Below are positions 31,461 to 40,603 of a stretch of 64,000 nucleotides of DNA, piece after piece (position 1 is the first letter of the stretch; each line of letters begins with the position of its first letter). The DNA is from an uncultured Maritimibacter sp. GTDB lineage: Bacteria > Pseudomonadota > Alphaproteobacteria > Rhodobacterales > Rhodobacteraceae. The stretch lies in the NCBI RefSeq assembly GCF_937129605.1, contig NZ_CAKZNN010000007.1; one strand, written 5' to 3'. The notes beneath the pieces are model-generated. The model was not told the origin of the DNA and made no database searches. It saw nothing but the letters and a program-made list of their open reading frames with translations. The translations under genes and the position numbers were made by a program.

Positions 31461-32035
31461 GTGCCGGATTTCCTCACTTGCAGACCAGCGTTGACCACCG
31501 CCATCGTGGCGCGGTCCGTGATCTCGATTCCGTCCTCATCGCCGATGTCCAGCAGTTCGACCAAGCGTGCGCGTCCCCGGTTGATCCGGCTCTTGATCGT
31601 GCCGATGGCGACGCCACAGGTTTCGGCGGCCTCCTCATACGACATGCCCGAAGCGCCCACGAGGATCAGCGCCTCGCGCTGCTCGACGGGAAGCTGGGTG
31701 AAGACCTTTTCGAAATCGGAAAAGGCAAGGCGCCCGTCATGAGCGGGTTTTTCCGACAGGGTTCCTGCCATCACGCCATCCACATCCTCGACCTCGCGCT
31801 TCTTCTTGCGCAGGTCCGAGTAAAAGGTGTTGCGAAGAATGGTGAAGAGCCACGCCCGAAGGTTGGTGCCCGGCTTGAACTTGTCGAAGTTCTTCCACGC
31901 CTTGACGATCGTGTCCTGCACGAGATCGTCGGCGGCGGCGGAATTTCTGGTCAGACTCGCAGCAAAGGCGCGCATGGCCGGAAGATGCTCGACCACCGCT
32001 TCGCGCGGGTCCAGGGGTCGTGCGTCATTCGCCAT
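31457..32035 (-). CDS. ecfG: ECF sigma factor EcfG (sigma-T)
   Basis: DDLVQDT, FKPGTNLRAWLFTILRN, GTIKSRINRGR; within the phyR/nepR locus. Confidence 0.93.
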   Translation of the reverse strand: MANDARPLDPREAVVEHLPAMRAFAASLTRNSAAADDLVQDTIVKAWKNFDKFKPGTNLRAWLFTILRNTFYSDLRKKKREVEDVDGVMAGTLSEKPAHDGRLAFSDFEKVFTQLPVEQREALILVGASGMSYEEAAETCGVAIGTIKSRINRGRARLVELLDIGDEDGIEITDRATMAVVNAGLQVRKSGT

Positions 32036-32186
32036 GAGCGCGCCCTCCGGAATCCTGTTCCTTCAGCTTGGCGAGAAGGTCCAGGAACTTGTCCGGCACG
32101 TCCTCATCCAGCTTGCTCTGGAACACTTTCCGAAGGTTGTCGTCGATCTGCCTTTGCAGGCGATCCTCGTCATTGTCTTTTGTCAT
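32025..32186 (-). CDS. nepR: Anti-sigma factor NepR (53 aa, absent from ORF track)
   Basis: Manual translation MTKDNDEDRLQRQIDDNLRKVFQSKLDEDVPDKFLDLLAKLKEQDSGGRAHGE matches the NepR I..NL+..Y/F...L.E.VPD+F.DLL..L pattern; lies directly upstream of ecfG. Confidence 0.92.
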   Translation of the reverse strand: MTKDNDEDRLQRQIDDNLRKVFQSKLDEDVPDKFLDLLAKLKEQDSGGRAHGE

Positions 32187-32281
32187 TCCCGGTTGCCCCG
32201 ATCGTCTCTTGCGGCCAGCTCACTACAGGCGGTTTCAAATTCATGCACCCTGTCGTCCAGCACATTTTTTTCGCGCAGTTT

Positions 32282-32313
32282 GGAACCTAACGTGGCGATC
32301 CACGTTCGGTTCC
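32282..32313. promoter_or_regulatory. Overlapping divergent EcfG promoters for phyR and nepR-ecfG
   Basis: Plus strand: GGAAC(32282)-N16-CGTT(32303). Minus strand: GGAAC(32313)-N16-CGTT(32292-32289). Confidence 0.85.
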
Positions 32314-32356
32314 CATGAAGACCAAAAAAAATGGGGACCTTTCCGGGATGGACGGC

Positions 32357-33166
32357 ATGGCAGACAAAGACAGAGAATACCTATCGGTGAAGATCGCCTC
32401 GTTGCTTCCGTATCTTCGCCGCTATGCGCGTGCCCTGACGGGAAGCCAGACGACCGGCGATACATACGCCGCCGCAACGCTCGAGGCGCTGCTCGAGGAC
32501 CGCTCGGTTTTCGACATGGGCCTTGACCACAAGGTCGCGCTTTTCCGCGCTTTCAACCAGATCTGGGTGTCGTCCGGCTCGCCCATCGCGACCGAGGAAA
32601 GCGGCATCCACGCCCGCGCCCAGCGCCATCTGGCAAAACTTACCTCAAACACTCGAGAAGCGCTGCTTCTGCACACGGTCGAAGAATTCACCGTGGCCGA
32701 AATCGCGCAGATCATGCAGGTGGACGAGAGCGAAGTGAACGAGCTGATCCGCATCGCACGGCGCGAGATGGAAGACAGCGTGAAGGGCCGCATCCTCATC
32801 ATCGAGGACGAAGCGATCATCGCCATGGACCTTCAGGACATCGTTGCCGACATGGGCCATGCGATCACAGGCGTGGCCCGGACCGAACGCAATGCCATCG
32901 ACCTCGCTGGCAAGGAAAAGCCCGACATGATCCTGTCGGACATCCAGCTGGCCGACGGCTCGTCGGGCATCGACGCGGTGAACGCGATCCTGAAATCGGC
33001 GGGCGACGTGCCGGTGATCTTCATCACCGCCTTCCCCGAGCGGCTTTTGACCGGCGAACGCCCGGAACCGGCCTTCGTCATCACGAAACCCTATTCGGAA
33101 GACCAGGTGCGCTCGGCGGTGAGCCAGGCGATGTTCTTCTCCTCCACGGAAACGCTGGAGCTCTAA
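32357..33166 (+). CDS. phyR: Anti-anti-sigma response regulator PhyR
   Basis: N-terminal sigma-like LPYLRRYARALTG; C-terminal receiver IIEDE..LSDIQLADGSSG..FITAFPE..ITKP. Confidence 0.95.
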   Translation: MADKDREYLSVKIASLLPYLRRYARALTGSQTTGDTYAAATLEALLEDRSVFDMGLDHKVALFRAFNQIWVSSGSPIATEESGIHARAQRHLAKLTSNTREALLLHTVEEFTVAEIAQIMQVDESEVNELIRIARREMEDSVKGRILIIEDEAIIAMDLQDIVADMGHAITGVARTERNAIDLAGKEKPDMILSDIQLADGSSGIDAVNAILKSAGDVPVIFITAFPERLLTGERPEPAFVITKPYSEDQVRSAVSQAMFFSSTETLEL

Positions 33167-33192
33167 GACCCTCGATCAAAGGTGCACGATCG

Positions 33193-33230
33193 AAAAGACG
33201 CGGGGCCTGACGGTCCCGCGTTCTTTGTTT
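33193..33230 (+). terminator. Terminator after phyR
   Basis: AAAAGACGCGGG..CCCGCGTTCTTTGTTT. Confidence 0.7.
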
Positions 33231-33327
33231 GCGGCACGGGTATGGGGTATGCCGCGCCCCAACATCCGGACATGAAAAAGGGGCGCCCGAGGTACGTTGG
33301 CGCCCCTTTCCCATCAGTCAGTCAGCG

Positions 33328-33498
33328 TCACACGCTGCGGCCACGCACCGCCCGTGCCACCAGGGTGATCACGAAGAGCACCAAGAACACGAAGAACAGG
33401 ATCTGTGCGATACCGGCCGAAGCGGAAGCGATGCCGCCGAAGCCGAACAGAGCCGCGACAAGCGCGATGACGAGGAACGTAAGAGCCCAACCAAGCAT
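33328..33498 (-). CDS. DUF1328 (UPF0391) small membrane protein
   Basis: [42 protein letters not shown]. Confidence 0.93.
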   Translation of the reverse strand: MLGWALTFLVIALVAALFGFGGIASASAGIAQILFFVFLVLFVITLVARAVRGRSV

Positions 33499-33556
33499 GG
33501 GTATTCTCCTATCTGTTAGGTTGCGCCGTGCCCACTTGCACGGTGATTGAAGAAAA

Positions 33557-33582
33557 AACCGCTGCCCGGCGCGAAATGTTCC
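33557..33582 (-). promoter_or_regulatory. Probable EcfG-type promoter of DUF1328
   Basis: GGAAC-N17-GGTT (one mismatch). Confidence 0.55.
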
Positions 33583-33606
33583 CCGAAAAGAATCCACCCA
33601 ATGTTT

Positions 33607-33632
33607 GGAACAGGACCGGAGGGGTCCGCGTT
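33607..33632 (+). promoter_or_regulatory. EcfG-type promoter of the DUF883 operon
   Basis: GGAAC-N17-CGTT exact. Confidence 0.75.
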
Positions 33633-33669
33633 TCTAGCCAAAGGACAGACACCTTAAAGGAGTTGACCA

Positions 33670-34011
33670 ATGGCTACCGCCACTCAGACCGCGAAGAATG
33701 TCTCGAACGGCATCGACCGCAGCATGAAAGACCTTGAAGCGCAGATCGCCGCGCTGAAATCCGACGTTTCCGAGCTGACCACCACGCTGGGCAAGCTCGG
33801 CAAGGAAGCCAGCGCCGAGGCCAAGTCTCGCGCTTCCAAGGCGGCCTCTTCGGCCAAGGACAGCGCTTACTCGACGGCCAATGCCGCCGGAGCACAGGCC
33901 CGCGAATACTACGGCCAAGCCGAAGCGCAGGTGCGCGAAAACCCGGCGGCCGCCGTTGGGATCGCCGCAGGCGTCGGCTTTCTCGTCGGTCTCTTCATGG
34001 CCCGCAAGTAA
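33670..34011 (+). CDS. DUF883 (ElaB/YqjD) family protein
   Basis: Coiled-coil N-terminus; C-terminal VRENPAAAVGIAAGVGFLVGL. Confidence 0.9.
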   Translation: MATATQTAKNVSNGIDRSMKDLEAQIAALKSDVSELTTTLGKLGKEASAEAKSRASKAASSAKDSAYSTANAAGAQAREYYGQAEAQVRENPAAAVGIAAGVGFLVGLFMARK

Positions 34012-34017
34012 GCCAGC

Positions 34018-34398
34018 ATGTTCGCTGCCCTGAGATGGAAAGCCCACCTTGCCGCGCGCAAAGCCGCGTTCGGCTTGGTGGGCGTTTTGCTGCTGACTGT
34101 CGGTCTGACGTTCCTGACCACCGCAGCCTGGATCGGGCTGGTGCAGGTGGCGGACACGCTGACCGCGGCGCTTGTGATCGGCGGCGTCTATACCGGCTTC
34201 GGTCTCATCGCGTTGGCGCTTGCTGCCCGTAGACCCCGTGTTCCGGTGCGCGACCCCTATGTCGCGGGCGCGATGGCCACGGGCCATGCCACGAAATCCG
34301 GTCTCGAAAACGTCGGCGGCATCGCAGCCGCCTTCATGTCCGGCCTGAACGCGGGCACAGCCGCGCGCGACGGCTTTCACCGCGGGCGGGGTCACTGA
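34018..34398 (+). CDS. Phage-holin-like (YqjE-type) membrane protein
   Basis: Two TM segments; follows DUF883 as in the yqjDE pair. Confidence 0.65.
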   Translation: MFAALRWKAHLAARKAAFGLVGVLLLTVGLTFLTTAAWIGLVQVADTLTAALVIGGVYTGFGLIALALAARRPRVPVRDPYVAGAMATGHATKSGLENVGGIAAAFMSGLNAGTAARDGFHRGRGH

Positions 34399-34448
34399 TC
34401 CGAAAGGATCGGCCCGCCCGGCGGCTCTTACCGACTTTTTCCGAACGA

Positions 34449-34928
34449 TCAATGCTTGTGGGTCTTGAGATCCCCGTGGTGCAATACCGGTGCCGCGTCG
34501 ATGTCGTCGGCATCAAGCATCGCGGCCACCCGTTCGAGCGAGGCGATTATCTGCGCCTGCTCCCAATCCTCGAGCGACTCGAACTTGCGAACGTAACGCT
34601 GCTGAAGCGCGTCGGGCGCATCGTCCAACACAACCTGGCCCTGACGCGATACCGTCACGTTTGTCTGCCGCCGGTCCCGCTGCGACGGCTCGCGGGTCAC
34701 GAGCCCCTTGGCCACGAGCTTGTCCACCAGCGTCGTGATCGTCGCCTGCGACACCCCCATGCGGGTCGCGATGATCGACGGCGTGGCCGACCCCTCCTCG
34801 CCCGCGATCTGGAGCACGCGCAACTGCGGCGCCGAAAGCCCCGCCGCGCTGGCAAGCTCCTTGCCGTAAAGTTCGGTCGCGCGAAGGATACGGCGCAGCG
34901 CGATCAGGCTGACGTCTGTGCGGTCCAT
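34449..34928 (-). CDS. ectR: MarR-family regulator of the ectoine operon
   Basis: SLIALRRILRATE..GLSAPQLRVL..DRRQTNV; divergent from ectA; start after GAGGGG. Confidence 0.85.
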   Translation of the reverse strand: MDRTDVSLIALRRILRATELYGKELASAAGLSAPQLRVLQIAGEEGSATPSIIATRMGVSQATITTLVDKLVAKGLVTREPSQRDRRQTNVTVSRQGQVVLDDAPDALQQRYVRKFESLEDWEQAQIIASLERVAAMLDADDIDAAPVLHHGDLKTHKH

Positions 34929-35158
34929 GGTTTTCCCCTCTTTCGGCATAGGTGCCACAAGGGTGAGCAGTGAATCAATCATGATCCTTAGATAGGCAAA
35001 AGATTAGCTAAGTAAAGGTTCTGCGCCGCTTACTAAAGAAATTTGCGCCCAAAAACCCGTTATTTTACCGCATATCTTGAGAATATTGCTTAGACGGTTG
35101 AAACAAAACCCGCGATCCATTAGTTAGATGTGCAAAGGAACTTTGGAGGCACTGACTT

Positions 35159-35725
35159 ATGAAAGACATGAATGACTTCATGAATTCGCACGACCGAACC
35201 CGGTCGCCCCGCTCCGCGAACCCGTCCGGCGCTGTTACGCTGCGCAAGCCGGTGAGCGAAGACGGGGCCGCAATCTGGAACCTCATTCGCGCGTGCAAAC
35301 CGCTCGACGAGAACTCGGTCTACTGCAACCTTCTGCAATGCGACCACTTCCGCGACACCTGCGTGGTGGCGGAAAAGGACGGCGAAGTCGTCGGCTGGAT
35401 CTCCGGCTACATCGTCCCAGGCGAAGACACCCTGTTTGTCTGGCAGGTCGCCGTTGGTGAAAAGGCGCGCGGTCTGGGCCTCGCGGGCAAAATGCTCGAC
35501 GAGATCATGGAACGCGAAGAGTGCATCAACGTGGACCAGATGAAGACGACCATCACCAAGGATAACGACGCCTCTTGGGCGCTGTTTCGCAAGTTCGCCC
35601 GCCGTCACGGTGGCGATCTTGACGATGATCCCCACTTTCACGAGGACGACCATTTCGAGGGGCGCCACGACACCGAACACATGGTGACGATCACGCTCCC
35701 GGAACCGCTGGCAGCCGCCGCGTAA
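35159..35725 (+). CDS. ectA: Diaminobutyrate acetyltransferase
   Basis: PLDENSVYCNLLQC.HF, LFVWQVAV, TTITKDNDASWALF. Confidence 0.96.
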   Translation: MKDMNDFMNSHDRTRSPRSANPSGAVTLRKPVSEDGAAIWNLIRACKPLDENSVYCNLLQCDHFRDTCVVAEKDGEVVGWISGYIVPGEDTLFVWQVAVGEKARGLGLAGKMLDEIMEREECINVDQMKTTITKDNDASWALFRKFARRHGGDLDDDPHFHEDDHFEGRHDTEHMVTITLPEPLAAAA

Positions 35726-35768
35726 GCGCCCGCGCCGCACGTCCCTTTCACATCACTGGAGATTTTCC

Positions 35769-37070
35769 ATGACGACCCAAAAGTCCGTCAACGACCCCGT
35801 TTTTGCCCGCCGTGAGAGCGAAGCCCGCTCTTACTGCCGGAGCTTCGACACGACCTTTGCCTCGGCGCAGGGGTCCATCATGACCGACACAACCGGCCGC
35901 GAATATATCGACTTTCTCGCCGGTTGCTCGTCGCTCAACTACGGCCACAACGACCCCGACATGAAGGCGGCGCTCGTCGATCACATCACGTCGGACGGCA
36001 TCGCGCATGGCCTGGACATGTTCACCGAGGAAAAGGCCAAATTCCTCAAGGCCTTCGAGGAAATCATCCTCAAGCCGCGGGGCATGGACGACTACAAGGT
36101 CATGATGACCGGCCCGACCGGCACCAACGCCGTGGAGGCCGCGATCAAGCTCGCGCGCAAAGTCACGGGGCGGCGTAACGTGGTCGCCTTCACCAATGCG
36201 TTCCACGGGATGACCATGGGCTCGCTCGCCCTGACCGGTAACGCCGGCAAGCGTGGCGGGGCTGGCACCGGGTCGCTTACCGACGTGACCCACATGCCCT
36301 ATGACAAGGCGTTCGGCGACGATGTCGATACGCTCGCGATCATCGAACAGATGCTGTCGAACTCGTCCTCCGGCATGGACGCCCCCGCCGCGTTCATCTT
36401 TGAACCCGTGCAGGGCGAGGGTGGCCTCAACGCCGCCTCGCAGGAATGGATCGAAGGCATCGCCAAGCTCGCCCGCGAGCACGGCGCGCTGATTATCGTC
36501 GACGACATTCAGGCGGGGATCGGGCGCACCGGGAAATACTTCGGTGTCGAGGATATGGACATCGAACCCGACATGATCACGCAGGCGAAATCGCTGTCGG
36601 GCTTCGGCCTGCCCTTCGCCTGCCTGCTCATCAAGGGCGAGTATGACATCTGGAAGCCAGCCGAGCACAACGGCACCTTCCGGGGCAACACCCATGCCTT
36701 CGTGACCGCCCGCGTCGCGCTCGAGAAATTCTGGGCCGACAAGGTGGCGATGGAAGGCATGATCGCCGAGAAATCCGACGCTCTGCGCGAGGGCCTTCAA
36801 GAGGTGGCCAACCTCGTGCCCGGCGCCAAGCTCAAGGGCCGCGGTTTCATGCAGGGTGTCGATGTGGGCTCGGGCGAACTTGCCGCCGACATCTGTGCAC
36901 GTGCCTTTGACAAGGGCCTGATCATCGAAACCTCCGGGGCCGATGACGAGGTGGTCAAGGTCCTCGCCGCCCTCACCATTCCGAACGAGGTGCTCGCGCG
37001 CGGTCTCAACATCCTCTTGGATGCGACCCGCGACGCCCTTGCCGACAACCACAAGATTGCAGCGGAGTAA
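35769..37070 (+). CDS. ectB: Diaminobutyrate-2-oxoglutarate transaminase
   Basis: ESEARSYCRSF, GPTGTNAVEAA, DDIQAGIGRTG, AKSLSG, HNGTFRG. Confidence 0.97.
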   Translation: MTTQKSVNDPVFARRESEARSYCRSFDTTFASAQGSIMTDTTGREYIDFLAGCSSLNYGHNDPDMKAALVDHITSDGIAHGLDMFTEEKAKFLKAFEEIILKPRGMDDYKVMMTGPTGTNAVEAAIKLARKVTGRRNVVAFTNAFHGMTMGSLALTGNAGKRGGAGTGSLTDVTHMPYDKAFGDDVDTLAIIEQMLSNSSSGMDAPAAFIFEPVQGEGGLNAASQEWIEGIAKLAREHGALIIVDDIQAGIGRTGKYFGVEDMDIEPDMITQAKSLSGFGLPFACLLIKGEYDIWKPAEHNGTFRGNTHAFVTARVALEKFWADKVAMEGMIAEKSDALREGLQEVANLVPGAKLKGRGFMQGVDVGSGELAADICARAFDKGLIIETSGADDEVVKVLAALTIPNEVLARGLNILLDATRDALADNHKIAAE

Positions 37071-37076
37071 CACGAC

Positions 37077-37469
37077 ATGCTTGTTCGCGATTTCAACGAA
37101 CTGAAGAACACCGACAAAAAGGTCGCTGATGCGCGCTGGACCTCGGTCCGGATGCTGCTGGCCGATGACGGGATGGGCTTTTCGTTCCACATCACCACGC
37201 TCGAAGCCGGGTCGGAACACACGTTCCACTACAAGCACCACTTCGAGAGCGTCTACTGCATCTCGGGCAAGGGGTCGATCACAGACCTCGCCACCGGCGA
37301 GACGCATGAGATCAAGCCGGGCGTGATGTATGCGCTCGACCAGCACGATCACCACACGCTGCGCGCGGAAGAAGAGCTGGTCATGGCCTGCTGCTTCAAT
37401 CCGCCCGTGACGGGGACCGAGGTGCACCGTGAAGACGGTTCCTACGCCCCCGCCGAGGACGCGGCGTAA
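37077..37469 (+). CDS. ectC: Ectoine synthase
   Basis: [45 protein letters not shown]. Confidence 0.97.
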   Translation: MLVRDFNELKNTDKKVADARWTSVRMLLADDGMGFSFHITTLEAGSEHTFHYKHHFESVYCISGKGSITDLATGETHEIKPGVMYALDQHDHHTLRAEEELVMACCFNPPVTGTEVHREDGSYAPAEDAA

Positions 37470-37479
37470 GGAGGGCCAG

Positions 37480-38913
37480 ATGACCCAGGACGAGATCAAC
37501 AAACGAAACCACACGGTCGAAAAGATCGGCGGGACGTCGATGAGCCGGGTGCATGAACTGCGCGATAGCCTGCTCATCAAGAAGGACGATCCCTACAACC
37601 GCATTTTCGTCGTGTCGGCCTTTGGCGGCATCACCAACCTGCTGCTCGAACACAAGAAGTCGGGCGAACAGGGGGTCTATGCTCTTTTTGCAGAAGACAA
37701 CGACGACCACAGCTGGCTCGACGCGCTGAAGCGCACGCAGGTCGCGATGGAAGAGGCACATCGCAAAGCGCTCGACCACCCCGCCGACATTTCGGACGCC
37801 ACGGATTTCGTGCGCGACCGGATCGAGGGTGCGCGCAACTGCCTGTTCGATCTGCAACGGCTTTGCACCTACGGTCACTTCCGGCTGTCCGAACATATGG
37901 GCCGGGTGCGTGAACTGCTGTCCGGTCTGGGAGAGGCGCATTCCGCCTACGTTACCGCACTCATGCTGAAACGAGCAGGTGTCGAGGCACGGTTCGTGGA
38001 CCTGTCGGGCTGGCGCGACGAAGGCGATGTGACGCTGGACGAACGCATCGCGCTCGGGCTTGAGCGTATCGACGTGGCCTCCGAGCTGCCCATCGTGACA
38101 GGCTATGCCCAATGCCGCGAGGGGCTGATGAGCGAATACGACCGGGGCTATTCCGAAGTGACTTTCGCCCGTCTTGCCGCGCTCACCAGCGCCAAGGAGG
38201 CGATTATCCACAAGGAATTCCACCTGTCGTCTGCCGATCCGAACCTCGTGGGCGGCGGCGTGCGCAAGCTCGGCCACACGAACTACGACGTGGCGGATCA
38301 GCTGTCGAACCTCGGGATGGAAGCCATTCACCCGTCTGCGGCCAAGATGCTGCGCCAAGCGGACGTGCCGCTGCGTGTGACCAATGCGTTCGAGCCAGAA
38401 GATCCGGGCACGCTCATCGACGATGCGCCGGCGGATGTGCCGGGTGTAGAAATCGTGACTGGCCTCGATGTCTTTGCTCTGGAAGTGTTCGAGCAGGACA
38501 TGGTCGGCGTCAAAGGCTACGACGCCACGATCCTCGACGCGCTCAAGCGTCACAAGATCTGGATCGTGTCCAAGACCTCGAACGCCAACACGATCACGCA
38601 TTATCTGCGCGGCAACCTGAAATCGGTGCGGCGCGTGGAGGCGGACCTGAAGGAAGCCTATCCCAACGCCTGCGTCGGCGTGCGCTCGCTTTCGATCGTT
38701 TCGGCGGTGGGTCGCGACCTGCGCAAGCAGTCGGTGCTGGGACGGGGCCTCCTGGCGCTGGACGAGGCGGGGCTCGACGTCATCGCGGCACATGCGACGC
38801 CGCGCAACGTGGACGTGCAGTTCCTCATGAACCGTGACGAAGCGGACGCGGCCATCGCCGCGCTCCACAAGGCCTTCATCGAAGAAGAGGCCAAGCTGCG
38901 GGAAGCAGCCTGA
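37480..38913 (+). CDS. ask: Ectoine-associated aspartate kinase (Ask_Ect)
   Basis: VEKIGGTSMS, DRGYSEVTF, IIHKEFHLSSADP; directly follows ectC. Confidence 0.93.
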   Translation: MTQDEINKRNHTVEKIGGTSMSRVHELRDSLLIKKDDPYNRIFVVSAFGGITNLLLEHKKSGEQGVYALFAEDNDDHSWLDALKRTQVAMEEAHRKALDHPADISDATDFVRDRIEGARNCLFDLQRLCTYGHFRLSEHMGRVRELLSGLGEAHSAYVTALMLKRAGVEARFVDLSGWRDEGDVTLDERIALGLERIDVASELPIVTGYAQCREGLMSEYDRGYSEVTFARLAALTSAKEAIIHKEFHLSSADPNLVGGGVRKLGHTNYDVADQLSNLGMEAIHPSAAKMLRQADVPLRVTNAFEPEDPGTLIDDAPADVPGVEIVTGLDVFALEVFEQDMVGVKGYDATILDALKRHKIWIVSKTSNANTITHYLRGNLKSVRRVEADLKEAYPNACVGVRSLSIVSAVGRDLRKQSVLGRGLLALDEAGLDVIAAHATPRNVDVQFLMNRDEADAAIAALHKAFIEEEAKLREAA

Positions 38914-38948
38914 CACCCAAAGTTCCTTTTTGACCGTCAGGCTGAGAT

Positions 38949-38982
38949 CGGGCGCTCGGAGACATCCGGGCGCCCGTTTTTT
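38949..38982 (+). terminator. Terminator of the ect operon
   Basis: CGGGCGCTCGGA-GACA-TCCGGGCGCCCG-TTTTTT. Confidence 0.85.
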
Positions 38983-38999
38983 GCGCCGGCTTGCGCCCG

Positions 39000-40040
39000 T
39001 CAAATCATCCGCGACTTGTCCAAGGTCAGCACGAACTCCGCCCCCATTGCTGTCGCGGGCGTTGTGAACCCCGTCGGCAGGCTCCCCTCCGCCGCCGCCT
39101 GCGCGATCTTGGGCGCGGTGATCGAGGTCAGCTCGTAGGCTTCCATCGTCTCGAGCCGCAATTCCACGACCTCGCCCGCCCCGTTCACCGCCCGGCCATA
39201 GATCCGCGACCGGCCCGTGGCGCGCGTTTCGGCATCCGGCCCGTCGGGCATCTTGCGAAGCTGCGCCCTGACGATGGGTTGGCCCAACGGCGTCGACAAA
39301 AACCACTTCGCGACACGCGGCAGTTTGAGCAGCGCGACGGTGTCGGGCGGAGCCTGAAAGAATACCTCGATACTCTGGACGCCCGTGGTATGCGCCGCCG
39401 TGACGATATCGCCCCAGGAGACAGCCATGACCTCCTGCGGGCCATCCCCGAAATCCACCTCCGTGGACAGCGGCCCTTGACGCGCGACGAGCCGTCCATC
39501 CTTGCGCACCAGCGGCCGCGCGGCGATCTGACGCGCGCCGGTCGTCGCCGTCCCGCGCGAGGCCCGGCCGATCCCACGAAACGCCAGCGTGATCTCCTGC
39601 GTGTCAGGCAGGCGTTCCACCAGCATCGCGGCCATGCAGTCGGTTGGCACAACGTCGAATCCGGTGCCGGGCAGGATCGTGATCCCCACGCCCTTTGCCG
39701 CCTCATCAAGGCCTGCGCAACCCGCCAGCACCTCGGATTCCCCGGTGATGTCGAGGTAATGGGTCCGGGTGTCGAGACAGGCCCGCGTCATATGCGCCCA
39801 TGTATCGGCGAAGGGCCCGGCGCAGTTCAGGACCGCGTCCACATCTGCCAGCGCCTCGCGCGCGGCCGCGTCGTCGGTCACGCTGAAAGCCACCTTCTCG
39901 CACCCCAGTTCCGCCGCCAGCGGAGCGAGCTTGGCCATCGACCGCCCGGCGAGGATCGGGTGCAGTCCCATCGCCACGGCCTGCCGCGCCACAAGCGTCC
40001 CGGTATAGCCGGTCGCCCCGTAGATCATGATCCTGCGCAT
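39000..40040 (-). CDS. Saccharopine dehydrogenase-like / trans-acting enoyl reductase family oxidoreductase
   Basis: IYGATGYTG, LAGRS, NCAGPF, YLDITGE, GFDVVPTD. Confidence 0.88.
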   Translation of the reverse strand: MRRIMIYGATGYTGTLVARQAVAMGLHPILAGRSMAKLAPLAAELGCEKVAFSVTDDAAAREALADVDAVLNCAGPFADTWAHMTRACLDTRTHYLDITGESEVLAGCAGLDEAAKGVGITILPGTGFDVVPTDCMAAMLVERLPDTQEITLAFRGIGRASRGTATTGARQIAARPLVRKDGRLVARQGPLSTEVDFGDGPQEVMAVSWGDIVTAAHTTGVQSIEVFFQAPPDTVALLKLPRVAKWFLSTPLGQPIVRAQLRKMPDGPDAETRATGRSRIYGRAVNGAGEVVELRLETMEAYELTSITAPKIAQAAAEGSLPTGFTTPATAMGAEFVLTLDKSRMI

Positions 40041-40294
40041 CCGTCGGCTCCTGCCTTATCGCCCATGTCAGATGTCCCGGTAGTGATCCGGAACATCGTC
40101 CTGTGTCTCTGGTCACCCTTTGCCGGGTGGGGCGCGGGGTCAAGCCCGCGCCGAAATGGTGCGTCACCGCCCGTCCCACACCAACGTGAGCATCTTCGGT
40201 CCCGAGTTGACAGTTCGGTGATCACCTCGCCGCACCGATTGCTGCAAAGGCCGCGCCCCCCATATCGGAATGAACAACCATCGCAGGAGTGACC

Positions 40295-40579
40295 ATGACC
40301 CCCATCGCCAAGATCACCGCCGCCACTGCCCTCGTCGCAGCCCCCTTTGTCGTGCCGCTCGCCGCCAGCGCCGATGACGACCGGATGCCGACCGCAGACG
40401 AACTGTCCTCGATCGAGACCGTGCTGACGGACGCGGGCTATACGATCTGGGAAGAGATCGAGTTCGACGACGGTCTGTGGGAGGTCGACGATGCCCGCAA
40501 GGGCGACGCAGTCGAGGAATACGACCTCAAGCTGCAGCCGGACACCTTTGCCATCGTGAGCGAGCGCGTCGATCGCTAG
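40295..40579 (+). CDS. Secreted single PepSY-domain protein
   Basis: Signal peptide; GYTIWEEIEFDDGLWEV..YDLKLQP; strongly acidic. Confidence 0.85.
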   Translation: MTPIAKITAATALVAAPFVVPLAASADDDRMPTADELSSIETVLTDAGYTIWEEIEFDDGLWEVDDARKGDAVEEYDLKLQPDTFAIVSERVDR

Positions 40580-40603
40580 ACTGCCCAGAGCGCGCCGGCG
40601 GTC

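Noticed and set aside
34018-34398. Prophage remnant suggested by a holin-like gene
   Set aside because: It is the usual DUF883/YqjE stress pair under an EcfG promoter; no phage genes are nearby.
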